Origin: an uncultured Spirochaetota bacterium
GTDB lineage: Bacteria > Spirochaetota > Spirochaetia > SZUA-6 > Fen-1364
DNA: 64,000 bases
Reading direction: 5' to 3'
Assembly (NCBI GenBank): GCA_963845535.1
Contig: CAWJSK010000012.1
Span: 864,001-928,000, forward strand
Below the pieces are notes generated by a model. That model saw nothing but the letters and a program-made list of their open reading frames with translations, did no database searches and had not been told where the DNA came from. Within the stretch, counting starts at the first letter, position 1. Every line of letters begins with the position of its first letter. Position numbers and translations under genes: made by a program. Of the stretch, positions 1 to 9,508 are shown in pieces.

Positions 1-198
1 CGTCAGGCCGGCCATCTCCAGAGAAAACATGAACGTCCTGAGAAACTGTGGATCAGCCAGCACATGCGCATATGCAAGCAGGCTGACCGCTCCCTTGCGA
101 GCGCGAAGGGAAAAAAGGAACGTGGCCGCCAGGGGAAGAAGAAAGTACAGGCATCCGAGGGCCATCCACAGCCAGGCCCATCCCCGGGGGCGCCTCAT
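1..198 (-). CDS. ABC transporter permease, N-terminal part (runs off window)
   Basis: ATG at 198 overlaps the upstream stop (ATGA); reads MRRPRGWAWLWMALGCLYFLLPLAATFLFSL, hydrophobic and open to the window edge. Confidence 0.8.
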   Translation of the reverse strand, partial: MRRPRGWAWLWMALGCLYFLLPLAATFLFSLRARKGAVSLLAYAHVLADPQFLRTFMFSLEMAGLT

Positions 199-1091
199 GG
201 AATCCACCTCGCGGAACGTCTCTGGAGCGCGTTGGAGCCGAGGATGCAGACCGTCATGATCACGACCATCCCCAGGGCCAGCGCATAACCGAGGTTGGGA
301 TCATGAAGAACGTCCCCGCGGATCTGGGCGCCGATGAGGATGGGCACGAGGTCAAGCATCCCGCCGGTCAACGCGTACGCGGTCGCGTACGCGCCGAACG
401 CGTTTCCAAAGAGAAGAATGACCGCGGACAAGAGCGACGGCATGAGAATGGGAAGGGCAACGTGGCGCCAGTACTGCACGTGGGTGGCGCCGAGGTTCTC
501 ACACGCCTCCCGCCACTCTTTTCGCACCCCGTCGAGCGCCGGGGTAATGACGAGCACCATGAGGGGGAGCTGAAAATACATGTACGTGAAGCTCAAGCCC
601 CAGAAGCTGTAGAGGTTGAACCCCGTGTCGTAGAGGCTGATGCCGAAAAGCGTCTTCAGGAGCACCGTCACAAAGCCCACCCGGCCCAGTGTCGCAATGA
701 AGGCGAATGCAAGAGGGACTCCGGCAAAGTTGGAGGCAACCCCTGAGAAGGTCGTCAGGAACACCCGGGCCCCTCGAGGAAGCCCTCCCAGCGTTACGGC
801 ATACGCCAGAAGGAAACCGAACAACCCGCCGCCCACGGCGGTGACAACGCTCACTTCGATGGTGAGCAGGTAGGACCTGAGGATGGCGGGACGGAAGAGG
901 TGAGCGATATTTCCCAGGCTGAAGCCTCCCCGGGGGTCCTGGAAGCTTCCCACAAGGAGAGTTGCCGCGGGAAGGAGCATGAACGCAACGGCGAACAGGA
1001 GGAAAGGAAGGAGGCCAGCCCACGTCCTGAGGGGAGCGTGAAGGAGGGCGCGCGACCTGCGCGCACCCCCTTCATTCACGAGGACGGACAT
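195..1091 (-). CDS. ABC transporter permease (PotB/AfuB-like)
   Basis: Several TM segments; EAA-like motif REACENLGA; adjacent to binding protein. Confidence 0.9.
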   Translation of the reverse strand: MSVLVNEGGARRSRALLHAPLRTWAGLLPFLLFAVAFMLLPAATLLVGSFQDPRGGFSLGNIAHLFRPAILRSYLLTIEVSVVTAVGGGLFGFLLAYAVTLGGLPRGARVFLTTFSGVASNFAGVPLAFAFIATLGRVGFVTVLLKTLFGISLYDTGFNLYSFWGLSFTYMYFQLPLMVLVITPALDGVRKEWREACENLGATHVQYWRHVALPILMPSLLSAVILLFGNAFGAYATAYALTGGMLDLVPILIGAQIRGDVLHDPNLGYALALGMVVIMTVCILGSNALQRRSARWIP

Positions 1092-1100
1092 TACTCTCTG

Positions 1101-2249
1101 CTACTTCTTGGCCTGGACATTGACTCCGACTGTCGAATCCCAATTGCCTGTGATGAAAGCCTTGGCCGTGCCCTGCTGAGCCAGCGTGGGGAAAACGGCC
1201 TTCGCGTAGTACGACGCCGGGGGCAGCTTTGCCGCGAGCTCATCCGGTATCACGTTTCGCGAAGCGAGGTCCGCGTAGCGGATGGGGTGGCCGTAGCCCT
1301 TGAGCCAGATCAGCTGGCCCTCGTCCGAGTACAGGAACTCTTCCCAGAGCCTGGCTGCCGCGGGATGCGGGGCGTATGCGCTGATGGCCTGGACGTAAAC
1401 GCCGGCAAGGACACCGGAGGTCGGGACGATGGCAACGATATTCGGGTTTCCCGCCGCGGCGTCACGGTCGGAAAGCGCCAGATAGTCCCAGGTGACCGCA
1501 ACCGGCGTCTCCCCGGAGGCAACGGTCCCCATCTTCGCAATCAGCGGCACGAAATTGCCGGCCGCATTGAGCTTGGCAAAGTAGTCGACGCCGGGCTTTG
1601 CGTTGTCAAAGGTACCGCCGTTGGCGAGGTTGGCCGCGGCCACGGCCATGATGGCCTGGTTGGACACCCGCGGATCTCCGGTGAGGGCCACCTGTCCCTT
1701 GTACGCGGCCCCAAGAAGGTCGGGCCAGTCGAGGGGAGGCGTCTTGACCACGTCGGTGTTCACCTCGAAAGCCATGACGCCGTAGTAGTCGCCGTACCAG
1801 GATCCGTCAGCATCTTTCACGCTGTCGGGGATCGTGGACCACGTCCTCACTTTGTACGGAGCAAGAAGACCGGCGTTCTTCGCGTCGGGCCCGAAAGAGA
1901 AGCCGACGTCGATGACGTCCGGAGCCTGGGGGCCCTTGTTGTCCTTGTTCGCCTGGATGGCTTGCAGCTCGTCGCCGGATCCGCCGTCAGGGTTCAGCTC
2001 GTTGACCTTGATCCCGTACTTCTTCGCGAAGGTATCGATTGCCTCACCGTAGTTCAGCCAGTTGCGCGGAAGGGCGATGACGGTGAGCTGTCCTTCCTTC
2101 TGAGCCGCTTTGACGAGGTCGTCGAAATTGGCCGGCGCCTGGGTCAAGGCTGGACCGGAATTGCTCTCCTGGCTTCCTCCGGCAAAGGCCCCTATCGCCG
2201 CAGCCGCCAGAAAGGCGAGGCTGACTGCGAAAACGAGTGGCTTTCTCAT
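1101..2249 (-). CDS. ABC transporter substrate-binding protein (AfuA/PotD-like)
   Basis: Signal peptide MRKPLVFAVSLAFLAAAAIGAFA; AAQKEGQL, APHPAAARLW, SDEGQ motifs; AAGGAG RBS before ATG 2249. Confidence 0.85.
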   Translation of the reverse strand: MRKPLVFAVSLAFLAAAAIGAFAGGSQESNSGPALTQAPANFDDLVKAAQKEGQLTVIALPRNWLNYGEAIDTFAKKYGIKVNELNPDGGSGDELQAIQANKDNKGPQAPDVIDVGFSFGPDAKNAGLLAPYKVRTWSTIPDSVKDADGSWYGDYYGVMAFEVNTDVVKTPPLDWPDLLGAAYKGQVALTGDPRVSNQAIMAVAAANLANGGTFDNAKPGVDYFAKLNAAGNFVPLIAKMGTVASGETPVAVTWDYLALSDRDAAAGNPNIVAIVPTSGVLAGVYVQAISAYAPHPAAARLWEEFLYSDEGQLIWLKGYGHPIRYADLASRNVIPDELAAKLPPASYYAKAVFPTLAQQGTAKAFITGNWDSTVGVNVQAKK

Positions 2250-2316
2250 TTCCCGCTCCTTTGACATATGATTGGCCCGGCGTACGCGGGCTCACCACGG
2301 TATATACGGGATGAGA

Positions 2317-2354
2317 ATTAATTCTTTGCGAGTGAGGCGTTAGTTTTCCGTTAA
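2317..2354 (-). promoter_or_regulatory. PHO-box-like array upstream of ABC binding protein
   Basis: Minus strand TTAAC-N6-CTAAC-N6-CTCGC-N6-TTAAT; AATTAACGGAAAAyTAAC shared (17/18) with pstS upstream region. Confidence 0.7.
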
Positions 2355-2372
2355 TTGGAGGGCGCGCCGCCC

Positions 2373-3749
2373 CTACTTCTGCGTCTTCTCCTGCGTGTCC
2401 CTGATCCTGTCCTCGATGACTTTCTTCACTTCGGCATCGAACTCGGGATAGCGGGCGCGCAGAGCATCGAAATCCGACTTCGAGAGCTTGTACACGTCGC
2501 AATAGGTGATTGCCCGGACGCTTGCATTGCGTTTTTCCCCCTGGAGAAGGGCGGTCTCACCGAACGGGGACCCGGCTCCCAATTGGGCCACATTCCTGTC
2601 GCCCACCAGCACCTCGACGTCTCCTGAGCTGAGGAAATACATGCAGTCTCCGAACTCGCCCTGCCGGATGATGTAGTCGCCGGGCAGGAACACGATGGGC
2701 CGAAGGAGCTGTACGATCTCCCGGATGAATATCTCATTGGCGTTCCGAAAGAGGGCAACCTTCGAAAGGATGGTGCGGTTGAGAAAGAGAAGGATCTCCA
2801 TGGAGATCGTGTGAGGCAGCTCTTCCGTGATGGAGACCGTCGTGACGCTCTTCTGCGTCTCCCAGAGATACGAGTAGTAGTCCCGCACGCGGGTCTGTAA
2901 CGCCGCCGGCACCTTCTTGGTCCGAAGGAAATCGTTTATCTCCTCCATCTTTTCCTGGTAGGCGGCCCGGGCGGTATCGAGGTTGGCAATCAGCGTGGCG
3001 ACGTTACCAATGATGTAACCGTACATACCCACCCCGAAGACCATCACGGCAATCGTATAGACGATCTGCAGGTTGGAGTTGTGATTGGGCGTGTAGTCCC
3101 CGTAGCCGATGGTCGCGATGGTCGTGACGCACCAGTAGACGCCGCGGAGGTACTGGTCGAAATGGGGCCGCTCAGCCTCGGAGGCGCCGATGAGCACCCA
3201 CCCGCAGGCCATGAGGTGGACCACGGTCACGAACCAGAACGCAAACGTCACCAGGCGCATGAGGGACGGGTTCACGCTCAGGCTTTCGCGGATGTCGCGG
3301 AAGATGGCGCTCACCTTGCTGATCTTCGCCATCTTGAGGATCTTCGTTGCCAGGACAATCCCGAGCACCATCCCCACCGGGCTCTCCGGGCTTGCTCCCG
3401 AAAAGAGGGAAAACATCCAGGCAAGGGGGAGCCCTGAGATCACGTCCACGGCAAACCAGCCCCGCAGGTACATCCGCGCAATGCTCCGCCTGTCGGCGTA
3501 GACCACGAGTCCCTTCTTGACGGCCTGGTTGAAAGTGTAGGGAATGTCGAGCAGGTAGATCACGCAGATGAGCCAATAGACTGCGTCGAACTGGAAGTGC
3601 CGGAAGGTGAGCCGGTAGGAGGTGATGATGGTACCGGCCAGCGCGGTCAGGATGAGGAAGGCATTGTAGACGATTTTCGCGGTGCCGTTGTGGCGAAAGA
3701 CCGGCAGCCAGCCCCGCCCGTGCACCGTCGACGCGCTCATCGTGCTCAT
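2373..3749 (-). CDS. Cyclic nucleotide-gated K+ channel (SthK-like)
   Basis: Six TM segments, TIGYGD filter, C-linker, CNBD with FGETALL...RNASVRA. Confidence 0.92.
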   Translation of the reverse strand: MSTMSASTVHGRGWLPVFRHNGTAKIVYNAFLILTALAGTIITSYRLTFRHFQFDAVYWLICVIYLLDIPYTFNQAVKKGLVVYADRRSIARMYLRGWFAVDVISGLPLAWMFSLFSGASPESPVGMVLGIVLATKILKMAKISKVSAIFRDIRESLSVNPSLMRLVTFAFWFVTVVHLMACGWVLIGASEAERPHFDQYLRGVYWCVTTIATIGYGDYTPNHNSNLQIVYTIAVMVFGVGMYGYIIGNVATLIANLDTARAAYQEKMEEINDFLRTKKVPAALQTRVRDYYSYLWETQKSVTTVSITEELPHTISMEILLFLNRTILSKVALFRNANEIFIREIVQLLRPIVFLPGDYIIRQGEFGDCMYFLSSGDVEVLVGDRNVAQLGAGSPFGETALLQGEKRNASVRAITYCDVYKLSKSDFDALRARYPEFDAEVKKVIEDRIRDTQEKTQK

Positions 3750-3806
3750 TCATCCGCTAGTATAGTGAAGCGAGGGGGGTCCTCTCAAGAAAAGCGCGCA
3801 TCTTTC

Positions 3807-3834
3807 TTGACACGGCAGGCGGTCCCGCTACACT
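3807..3834 (+). promoter_or_regulatory. sigma70-like promoter for coaX
   Basis: TTGACA-N16-TACACT upstream of GGAGG RBS. Confidence 0.5.
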
Positions 3835-3851
3835 GGATGCGGAGGGATCAC

Positions 3852-4682
3852 ATGCTGCTTGCCGTGTCCGTTGGCAACTCGCACATCACGTTCGGCGTGC
3901 ACGGGGAGTCCGGATGGGTCAGGAGGTATCGAATCCAGACCGTCCGTGAGAAGACGCCGGATGAGTACATGATCGTGTTCCGCGAGCTTTTTGCCCAGGG
4001 CGGGATTGCGAAGGAGAGCCTGGACTCCGCCATCCTCTCCAGCGTCGTGCCTCCCCTGACAACGGCCATCGCGGAAACGGTGCTGGCGGTGTCCGGTGCC
4101 AACCCCCTGCTCCTCACGCACAGCGCGGACCTGGGCCTGCGGATCACCACGGAGAATCCGGCGGAGGTCGGCGCGGACCTGGTGGCCAATGCCGTGGCCG
4201 CGTATGACAAGTTCCACGCCAACTGCATTGTCGTGGACTTCGGGACCGCGCTTACGTTCACCGCCGTGGCGGCGCCGGCGCGCGCCGCGTACGCCGCGCC
4301 CGGTGCGCCCTCTGGCGCGGCCCCCGGACCGGGGGAGCTTCGCGGCGTGGCCATATCCCCCGGCCTTACCTCCGCCGTGGACGCCCTGGTCCGAAGCACC
4401 TCACAGCTGCCTCGCGTGCCCCTGGCTGCGCCTCCGCTGATTGCCGGCAGAAACACCATCCACTCCATCCAGTCCGGCGTCGTCTTCGGCTACGTGAGCC
4501 TCGTGGAAGGGCTGATCCGACGCATGCGCGCGGAGTTGGGCGGCGCCGCGGAGGTTGTTGTCACCGGAGGAAGCTCGCCGGTCATTGCCCCGCTGCTGCA
4601 GGAAAAAGCGGTGGTCGAGCCATGGCTGACGCTCGAAGGGCTTCGGGTCATTGCCGCGCGCAACATCGGGGGCACCCGCTGA
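3852..4682 (+). CDS. coaX: Type III pantothenate kinase
   Basis: VGNS, SSVVP, GADL, VVDFGTA, ISPG, VVTGG, LTLEGL motifs; RBS before ATG 3852. Confidence 0.88.
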   Translation: MLLAVSVGNSHITFGVHGESGWVRRYRIQTVREKTPDEYMIVFRELFAQGGIAKESLDSAILSSVVPPLTTAIAETVLAVSGANPLLLTHSADLGLRITTENPAEVGADLVANAVAAYDKFHANCIVVDFGTALTFTAVAAPARAAYAAPGAPSGAAPGPGELRGVAISPGLTSAVDALVRSTSQLPRVPLAAPPLIAGRNTIHSIQSGVVFGYVSLVEGLIRRMRAELGGAAEVVVTGGSSPVIAPLLQEKAVVEPWLTLEGLRVIAARNIGGTR

Positions 4683-4699
4683 ACGCCCGTTCGGATCTC

Positions 4700-7176
4700 T
4701 TAATCTTCCAGCATCTCAGAGATGAGGTGGTATAGTCGGGCCGCCGTCTCCTTGTCTTCGGGATGCAGGAGCTCCGCCGGCTCGTCAGCAATAGCTTCCA
4801 GGCTTGCCAGCGTTTCCTGGCGCGCGGTGAGGAGGCTTTTCTCGGACTTGAACCAGTAGTTTCCCTTCCAGTCCGCGTACAACGTGAGGAAACCGAGCCG
4901 CTTCGACGTCCCTTTCAAGGGACACAGGCAGAGCAGCCGAGGCAGGTAGGAGCAGAGCTTGCGGCCGTCCCGCGAAAAAAGGAACTGATCCCCCGACGGC
5001 CAGTCGTCCCACACGTCCTCGTCCGTATGCAGATAGGGAGCCAGGGAGAGAATGGCGGAGAGCTTCATTCCATAGAAAATCTCCCGCCCGTCCCACATCA
5101 CCACGCCGAACATGTTCTTGAACGAAGGAAGGCTTCCCGGGGCGAGTTGCTGGAGCACGGGCCGGAGCTTCTCCCACTCCATGATCACCATCTTGCGGCC
5201 GCCCTTGATCACGCGGATGGGGAAGACCTCCTGCCCGAGCTTCATCTGGTTCGTGAAGTCCCGCGCCTTCTCTTTCTCTTTTTCGCGGGCAATGGGAACG
5301 CCTTTCACGAACGCCTGCGTGAGCAGGGGAGAGATGGCCGCGAGCAGCTGCTTTCGAAGCGGAGAGACGGAGCGGGCGTACATGCGGCTCGTCCGCACGA
5401 TCTCCCCGGCAACGATGTAAGGCGGGCTCTCGCGGAACATGAGGGATCCGGGGTGGATCTGGATCTTGTCCGCGGTCAGGCTGCGATAGATCCCTCTCCC
5501 CGTCCTCTCACAGACGAACTGGATGAGCCCCCGCGAGATGGCGCACAGGTAGTCGTCCCAGGGTCCTCCCGACCCGATGGGGACGCCGATCTTGCTGACG
5601 ATCTCCTGGAGCTGGCCCTCGATATTGATGATCTCGTTCATCGTGCGCAGCTCGAGGTAATGGTTTTCGCAGAACCGGGCTTTGTTGGCCGCGCGCGTGA
5701 ACGCCTCGTAGATGCGCTGGTAGGAGACGAAATCCCCCAGGGGGTCGCGGAAGCTGTGGTGCGCGCGACGCGCCTCCAGTTCCTCCCCCGCGGGGAGAAG
5801 GAACGGCGAGTTCACCGAGAGGAAGGTCGCGGCAATGATGACCTCGGCAATGACGGATGGATACGCCCGGATGGCCTCCACGATCATGCGCGCGTGCTTC
5901 GGCAGGATGGGGAACTGGCACATCAGCTGTCCGGTCTCAGTGAGCGCGCGCTCTTCATCCAGGGCATCCAGCAGGCGGAGCGTGTCGACGGCTGCCCGGA
6001 TCCCTCCTGCCCGGGAGGGGAAAGGAAATCGAAGGACTCGAAGTCCCGGATCCCCAGCTCCGCCATGCGGAGGACCACTTCGGAGAGGTCCGTGCGTTTG
6101 ATCTCTTCCACGGTATACATGGGTCGGGAGTCGTAGTCCTTGTGCGCATAGAGACGATAGCAGACTCCGGGGGCCGTCCTCCCTGCGCGGCCGCGGCGCT
6201 GGTTGCAGGAGGCCTTGGATACGGGTGTTTCAACCAGGCTTTCGGTGAAGGTCTTGGGGCTGTAGAAGTTCATCTTCGCGAGCCCCGAATCAATGACGTG
6301 CACCACGCCGTCTATGGTGACGCTCGTTTCCGCAATGTTGGTGGCAACAATCACTTTTCGCTTCCCCGGGAAGTCCAGGAATACCCTGGTCTGGTCTTCA
6401 TGGGACAGCCGTCCATACAAGGGCAGAATGGCCAGCTCCTCCCGCGTATCCAGCTCGGCAAGCATCTGGACGCAGTCCTTGATGGACAGCTCCCCCTGGA
6501 GGAAGATAAGGATGTCGCCCTTGGCCCCTTTGCGCATGATCCCGGAGACGATGTCGCGGACGGAGGCTATGAGGCTCTCATGGTCCCCCTCGATCTTCGG
6601 CGGGGAGTAGATCAACTCCACCGGATACATGGGGGCGTCGATGCTTACCACCGGACAGCCGTCGAAGTATTCAGAAAAAACTTCGACGTTGATCGTTGCC
6701 GAGGAAATGATGGCGCGGAACTCCGGCCGCTGCCTCAGGATCCCTTTCAGCATCCCCAGGATGAAGTCGATGTTGAGGCTGCGCTCGTGGGCTTCGTCGA
6801 CCATGAGCACGCTGTATCGGGAGAGCGTGCGGTCCCCTTTGAGCTCCTGGAGGAGGATGCCGTCGGTCATGATCTTGATCACGGTTTGCTCGTCGGTCCT
6901 GTCCTCGAATCTCATGGTATAGCCCACGGTGTCGGGGATTTTCTTCCCGATCTGGCGGGCAATGAACTCGGAAACGGACAGCGCTGCGATGCGCCGCGGC
7001 TGGGTAACGCCGACGATTCCGCGACTTGAGTAGCCGGCCTGATGCAGGATGAGGGGTATTTGGGTCGTTTTGCCCGATCCCGTGGGGCTTTCCACGACGA
7101 TGACCTGGTTGTTCTCCAGGGCGGCAAGGATCTTGTCTCTCTGCTGGTAAACGGGGAGCTGGTAGGGGTCTATCAC
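4700..7176 (-). pseudogene. hrpA: HrpA-like DEAH-box RNA helicase split by a 1-bp frameshift near 6002 (probably intact in vivo)
   Basis: GSGKTT, TQPRR, DEAH, SAT, QRRGRAGR in 5923-7176; HA2/OB part in 4700-5923; adding one base restores EGIRAAVDTLRLLDAL. Confidence 0.85.
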
Positions 7177-7228
7177 GTTTTCACTATACCGGGAACGCGC
7201 GAGCGGGGATAGCGGTGCATTTTTCGAC

Positions 7229-7257
7229 TTGCGTCCGCCCAGTCTACAGTCTACAAT
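7229..7257 (+). promoter_or_regulatory. sigma70-like promoter
   Basis: TTGCGT-N17-TACAAT followed by AGGAGG RBS at 7291. Confidence 0.6.
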
Positions 7258-7301
7258 TATCAACCAGTACTGTTTCAATCAAAACAAAAGAGGAGGCAGT
7301 C

Positions 7302-7676
7302 ATGGCGAAGGCGAAAGCGAAAAAGAAGGCCAAAAAGCCCGCGCCGAAAAAGAAACCAGCAAAAGCAAAGAAAGCGCCGAAGCTCACGGCACAACCGGTG
7401 CAGGGCCCTCGGGGAGAACGGGGACCTGCCGGAACTCCCGGCGAACGCGGTCCTCGTGGGGAACAAGGTCCGCAGGGACCCCAAGGCCTGCAAGGATCCC
7501 GCGGTGAGCCCGGAGCCCGGGGAGAGCCGGGGCCGCGCGGCGAGCCGGGCATCGGCGTCCGCTACGAAGGCGGCAGCAGCCCCTCGGCTGGCTACCTCGT
7601 GGTGGGCGCGGACGGCTCCCTCAAGTTCGTAAGACAGGGAACGACCTTCATCGTCCAGCTCGTTCCCACCTCGTGA
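7302..7676 (+). CDS. Small protein with Lys/Ala/Pro-rich N-tail, collagen Gly-X-Y repeat and short C-terminal beta domain
   Basis: [27 protein letters not shown], then 17 consecutive G-X-Y triplets; strong RBS and promoter. Confidence 0.8.
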   Translation: MAKAKAKKKAKKPAPKKKPAKAKKAPKLTAQPVQGPRGERGPAGTPGERGPRGEQGPQGPQGLQGSRGEPGARGEPGPRGEPGIGVRYEGGSSPSAGYLVVGADGSLKFVRQGTTFIVQLVPTS

Positions 7677-7693
7677 TGATCTGAGTCCAAGAA

Positions 7694-7720
7694 TTAACAC
7701 GAAGCTCATCAGGAGCTAAC
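7694..7720 (+). promoter_or_regulatory. PHO-box-like array in convergent intergenic region
   Basis: TTAAC(7694), CTCAT(7705), CTAAC(7716) at 11-bp period. Confidence 0.5.
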
Positions 7721-7770
7721 ATTCTCCACCGAATGTTTTGATCGAAAGCTCCCTCAAGCTTTTCGCGTGC

Positions 7771-7800
7771 GGGCTCGCCCCCAGGGCGGGCCCTTGTTGT
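7771..7800 (+). terminator. GC-rich hairpin followed by TTGTTGT
   Basis: GGGCTCGCCC-cca-GGGCGGGCCC stem (one G-U pair). Confidence 0.45.
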
Positions 7801-7837
7801 CACATCTGTCGGGAACCGCTCCGTGCGGGAGCGACAC

Positions 7838-8047
7838 TCATGTGCAGCACGCGGCCTTTTCCCGTGTGATGAGGATGGCGTCGCAACGATCACACCACAG
7901 CTCCTCCACGGCGCCTTCCAGCTCCTCCACGGCGAGGGTCTCCTCCGGGTTGCTGTCGGCTCGCTCCGCCTCCGTCGCGCATTGGGCGCATACGATATCG
8001 CTTTCGAGGTAAAAGGCGATCGCCTCGCCATCACGCGTAATCGTCAT
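7838..8047 (-). CDS. Small acidic putative zinc-binding protein (69 aa)
   Basis: GGAGG RBS; CAQC...CDRC plus terminal CC. Confidence 0.65.
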   Translation of the reverse strand: MTITRDGEAIAFYLESDIVCAQCATEAERADSNPEETLAVEELEGAVEELWCDRCDAILITREKAACCT

Positions 8048-8083
8048 GGGTGCCTCCTGCTGCTCGTACTTTGCCTGCGCGAG

Positions 8084-8121
8084 GTTAGTTTTCTCTTTGG
8101 TTTTGTTTAAGTTGCGGTTAA
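8084..8121 (-). promoter_or_regulatory. PHO-box-like array facing the 69-aa gene
   Basis: Minus strand TTAAC-N6-TTAAA-N6-CAAAG-N6-CTAAC. Confidence 0.5.
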
Positions 8122-8158
8122 TTCCGAAGTGACGTGCCGCGAAGACTTTGTTTGAAAA

Positions 8159-8196
8159 TTCACCGTTTTTTAACAATTTGGTAACGGCGAGCTAAC
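8159..8196 (+). promoter_or_regulatory. PHO-box-like array upstream of porin
   Basis: TTCAC(8159), TTAAC(8170), GTAAC(8181), CTAAC(8192), exact 11-bp period. Confidence 0.7.
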
Positions 8197-8245
8197 CAAA
8201 ATCCTTTTGTGTCTGATGCACAATACTTTGGTGAAAGGAGTTCAG

Positions 8246-9436
8246 ATGAAAACTCTTAGAGTCTTGATCACTGTACTTGTTCTCCTGGCGGCGGTCGGCT
8301 TCGTTGCCGGCGCTCAGACCGCCGCTCCGGCGATTGGCCAGCCCGGATCCGTGCTTGAACCTTATGGATTGGTGGATGTTGCTATCCGCGCCTCAACCAA
8401 CGCCGACGGGAACGGGAACACCTACTTCGGTTTCTCGCAAGGCCTCTTCAACGGCAGCCGGTGGGGTTTCCGTGGCACTGAGGATATTGGCGGAAGCGTG
8501 AAGGCCATCTATACCCTGGAAGGTGGAGTGATTGTTCCGGTGGGCCAGCTCGACCAGCAGGGCCAGGTTTTCGGCCGCCAGGCCTGGGTCGGCTTGAAGA
8601 CAGACTACGGCACGCTGACATTCGGCCGGCAGTATGGAACCTTCAGTGACGCCATTGGCGCCGGTGACGTGTTCGGCACAGGTCACGGCAACTTGGGTTA
8701 CTGGAGCGGTGGCGTCCCTGGAGGCAGCAATTACTCTTCGAACGACGCCGTGAACTTTTTCTTCGCACAGCAGATGGGCTTCCGATGGGACGACTCCGTC
8801 AAGTATGATGCCAGCTTCAGCGGCGTTGGCGTCGGTGTCATGGCGGCAGCGGAAAACGCCCCTGGTGTTGGCACCACGAATGGCTTCATCGACAAGAACG
8901 CCATGATCTCGGGCAAGCTGGGCTACAACAGCAAGGACTTCCCGATTTCAGGCGCGGTTGGAGTCCAGTACGAAGCAGACGCTTCATACAATCATCACTT
9001 CGCCGCCGGCGGCGGACTCAAGTACGCCCTGGATGCGACTGACGGCATCTATCTGTTCTACATTCACTCGCAGTTTGACGCAAACTTTGCCAGAATCAGC
9101 CCCAACAACAGCGAAATGTCCTCTGGTTTGGCACATGGCCGGCTTGATGATATCGTCAACCTTGGCGCCAACTACTACGTGCTGCCGTCGTTGAACCTGC
9201 TCGTTTCACTGTATTTCGACTACGGACAAAACGTGCTCGTCAGCGCCGACAATGGCCAGCGGTACAGCGGCCTCCTCGCCGCGGACTACTACTTCAGCAA
9301 GGATTTTGATGCCTACATCGGGGCATGGTATACTCAGTTCATCAACGCCTTTGAGCAGAGCTCAAACGGAGGCAACGAGTTCGCGAACTACAGTTCGGTT
9401 TTCGCCGCCATCATGGGCGCGCGTTTCCGCTTTTAG
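8246..9436 (+). CDS. Outer-membrane porin (Gram-negative general porin family)
   Basis: Signal peptide; YGLVD, SRWGFRGTEDIGG, FGRQAWVGL, LTFGRQY; C-terminal Phe. Confidence 0.9.
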   Translation: MKTLRVLITVLVLLAAVGFVAGAQTAAPAIGQPGSVLEPYGLVDVAIRASTNADGNGNTYFGFSQGLFNGSRWGFRGTEDIGGSVKAIYTLEGGVIVPVGQLDQQGQVFGRQAWVGLKTDYGTLTFGRQYGTFSDAIGAGDVFGTGHGNLGYWSGGVPGGSNYSSNDAVNFFFAQQMGFRWDDSVKYDASFSGVGVGVMAAAENAPGVGTTNGFIDKNAMISGKLGYNSKDFPISGAVGVQYEADASYNHHFAAGGGLKYALDATDGIYLFYIHSQFDANFARISPNNSEMSSGLAHGRLDDIVNLGANYYVLPSLNLLVSLYFDYGQNVLVSADNGQRYSGLLAADYYFSKDFDAYIGAWYTQFINAFEQSSNGGNEFANYSSVFAAIMGARFRF

Positions 9437-9456
9437 CCTTGTCGGGTCTTGAACAG

Positions 9457-9492
9457 AAAAAAGGGCTGCCCAGACGGCAGCCCTTTCTATTT
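9457..9492. terminator. Bidirectional intrinsic terminator
   Basis: AAAGGGCTGCC-cagac-GGCAGCCCTTT between convergent genes, with A/T tails. Confidence 0.85.
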
Positions 9493-9508
9493 CCCGGGTG
9501 AGCAACGC

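Noticed and set aside
900..2264. Long antisense ORFs (also 4763-6136, 22160-23545, 28479-29912, 41399-42625, 50209-51807)
   Set aside because: Shadow frames of real high-GC genes with no motifs or RBS
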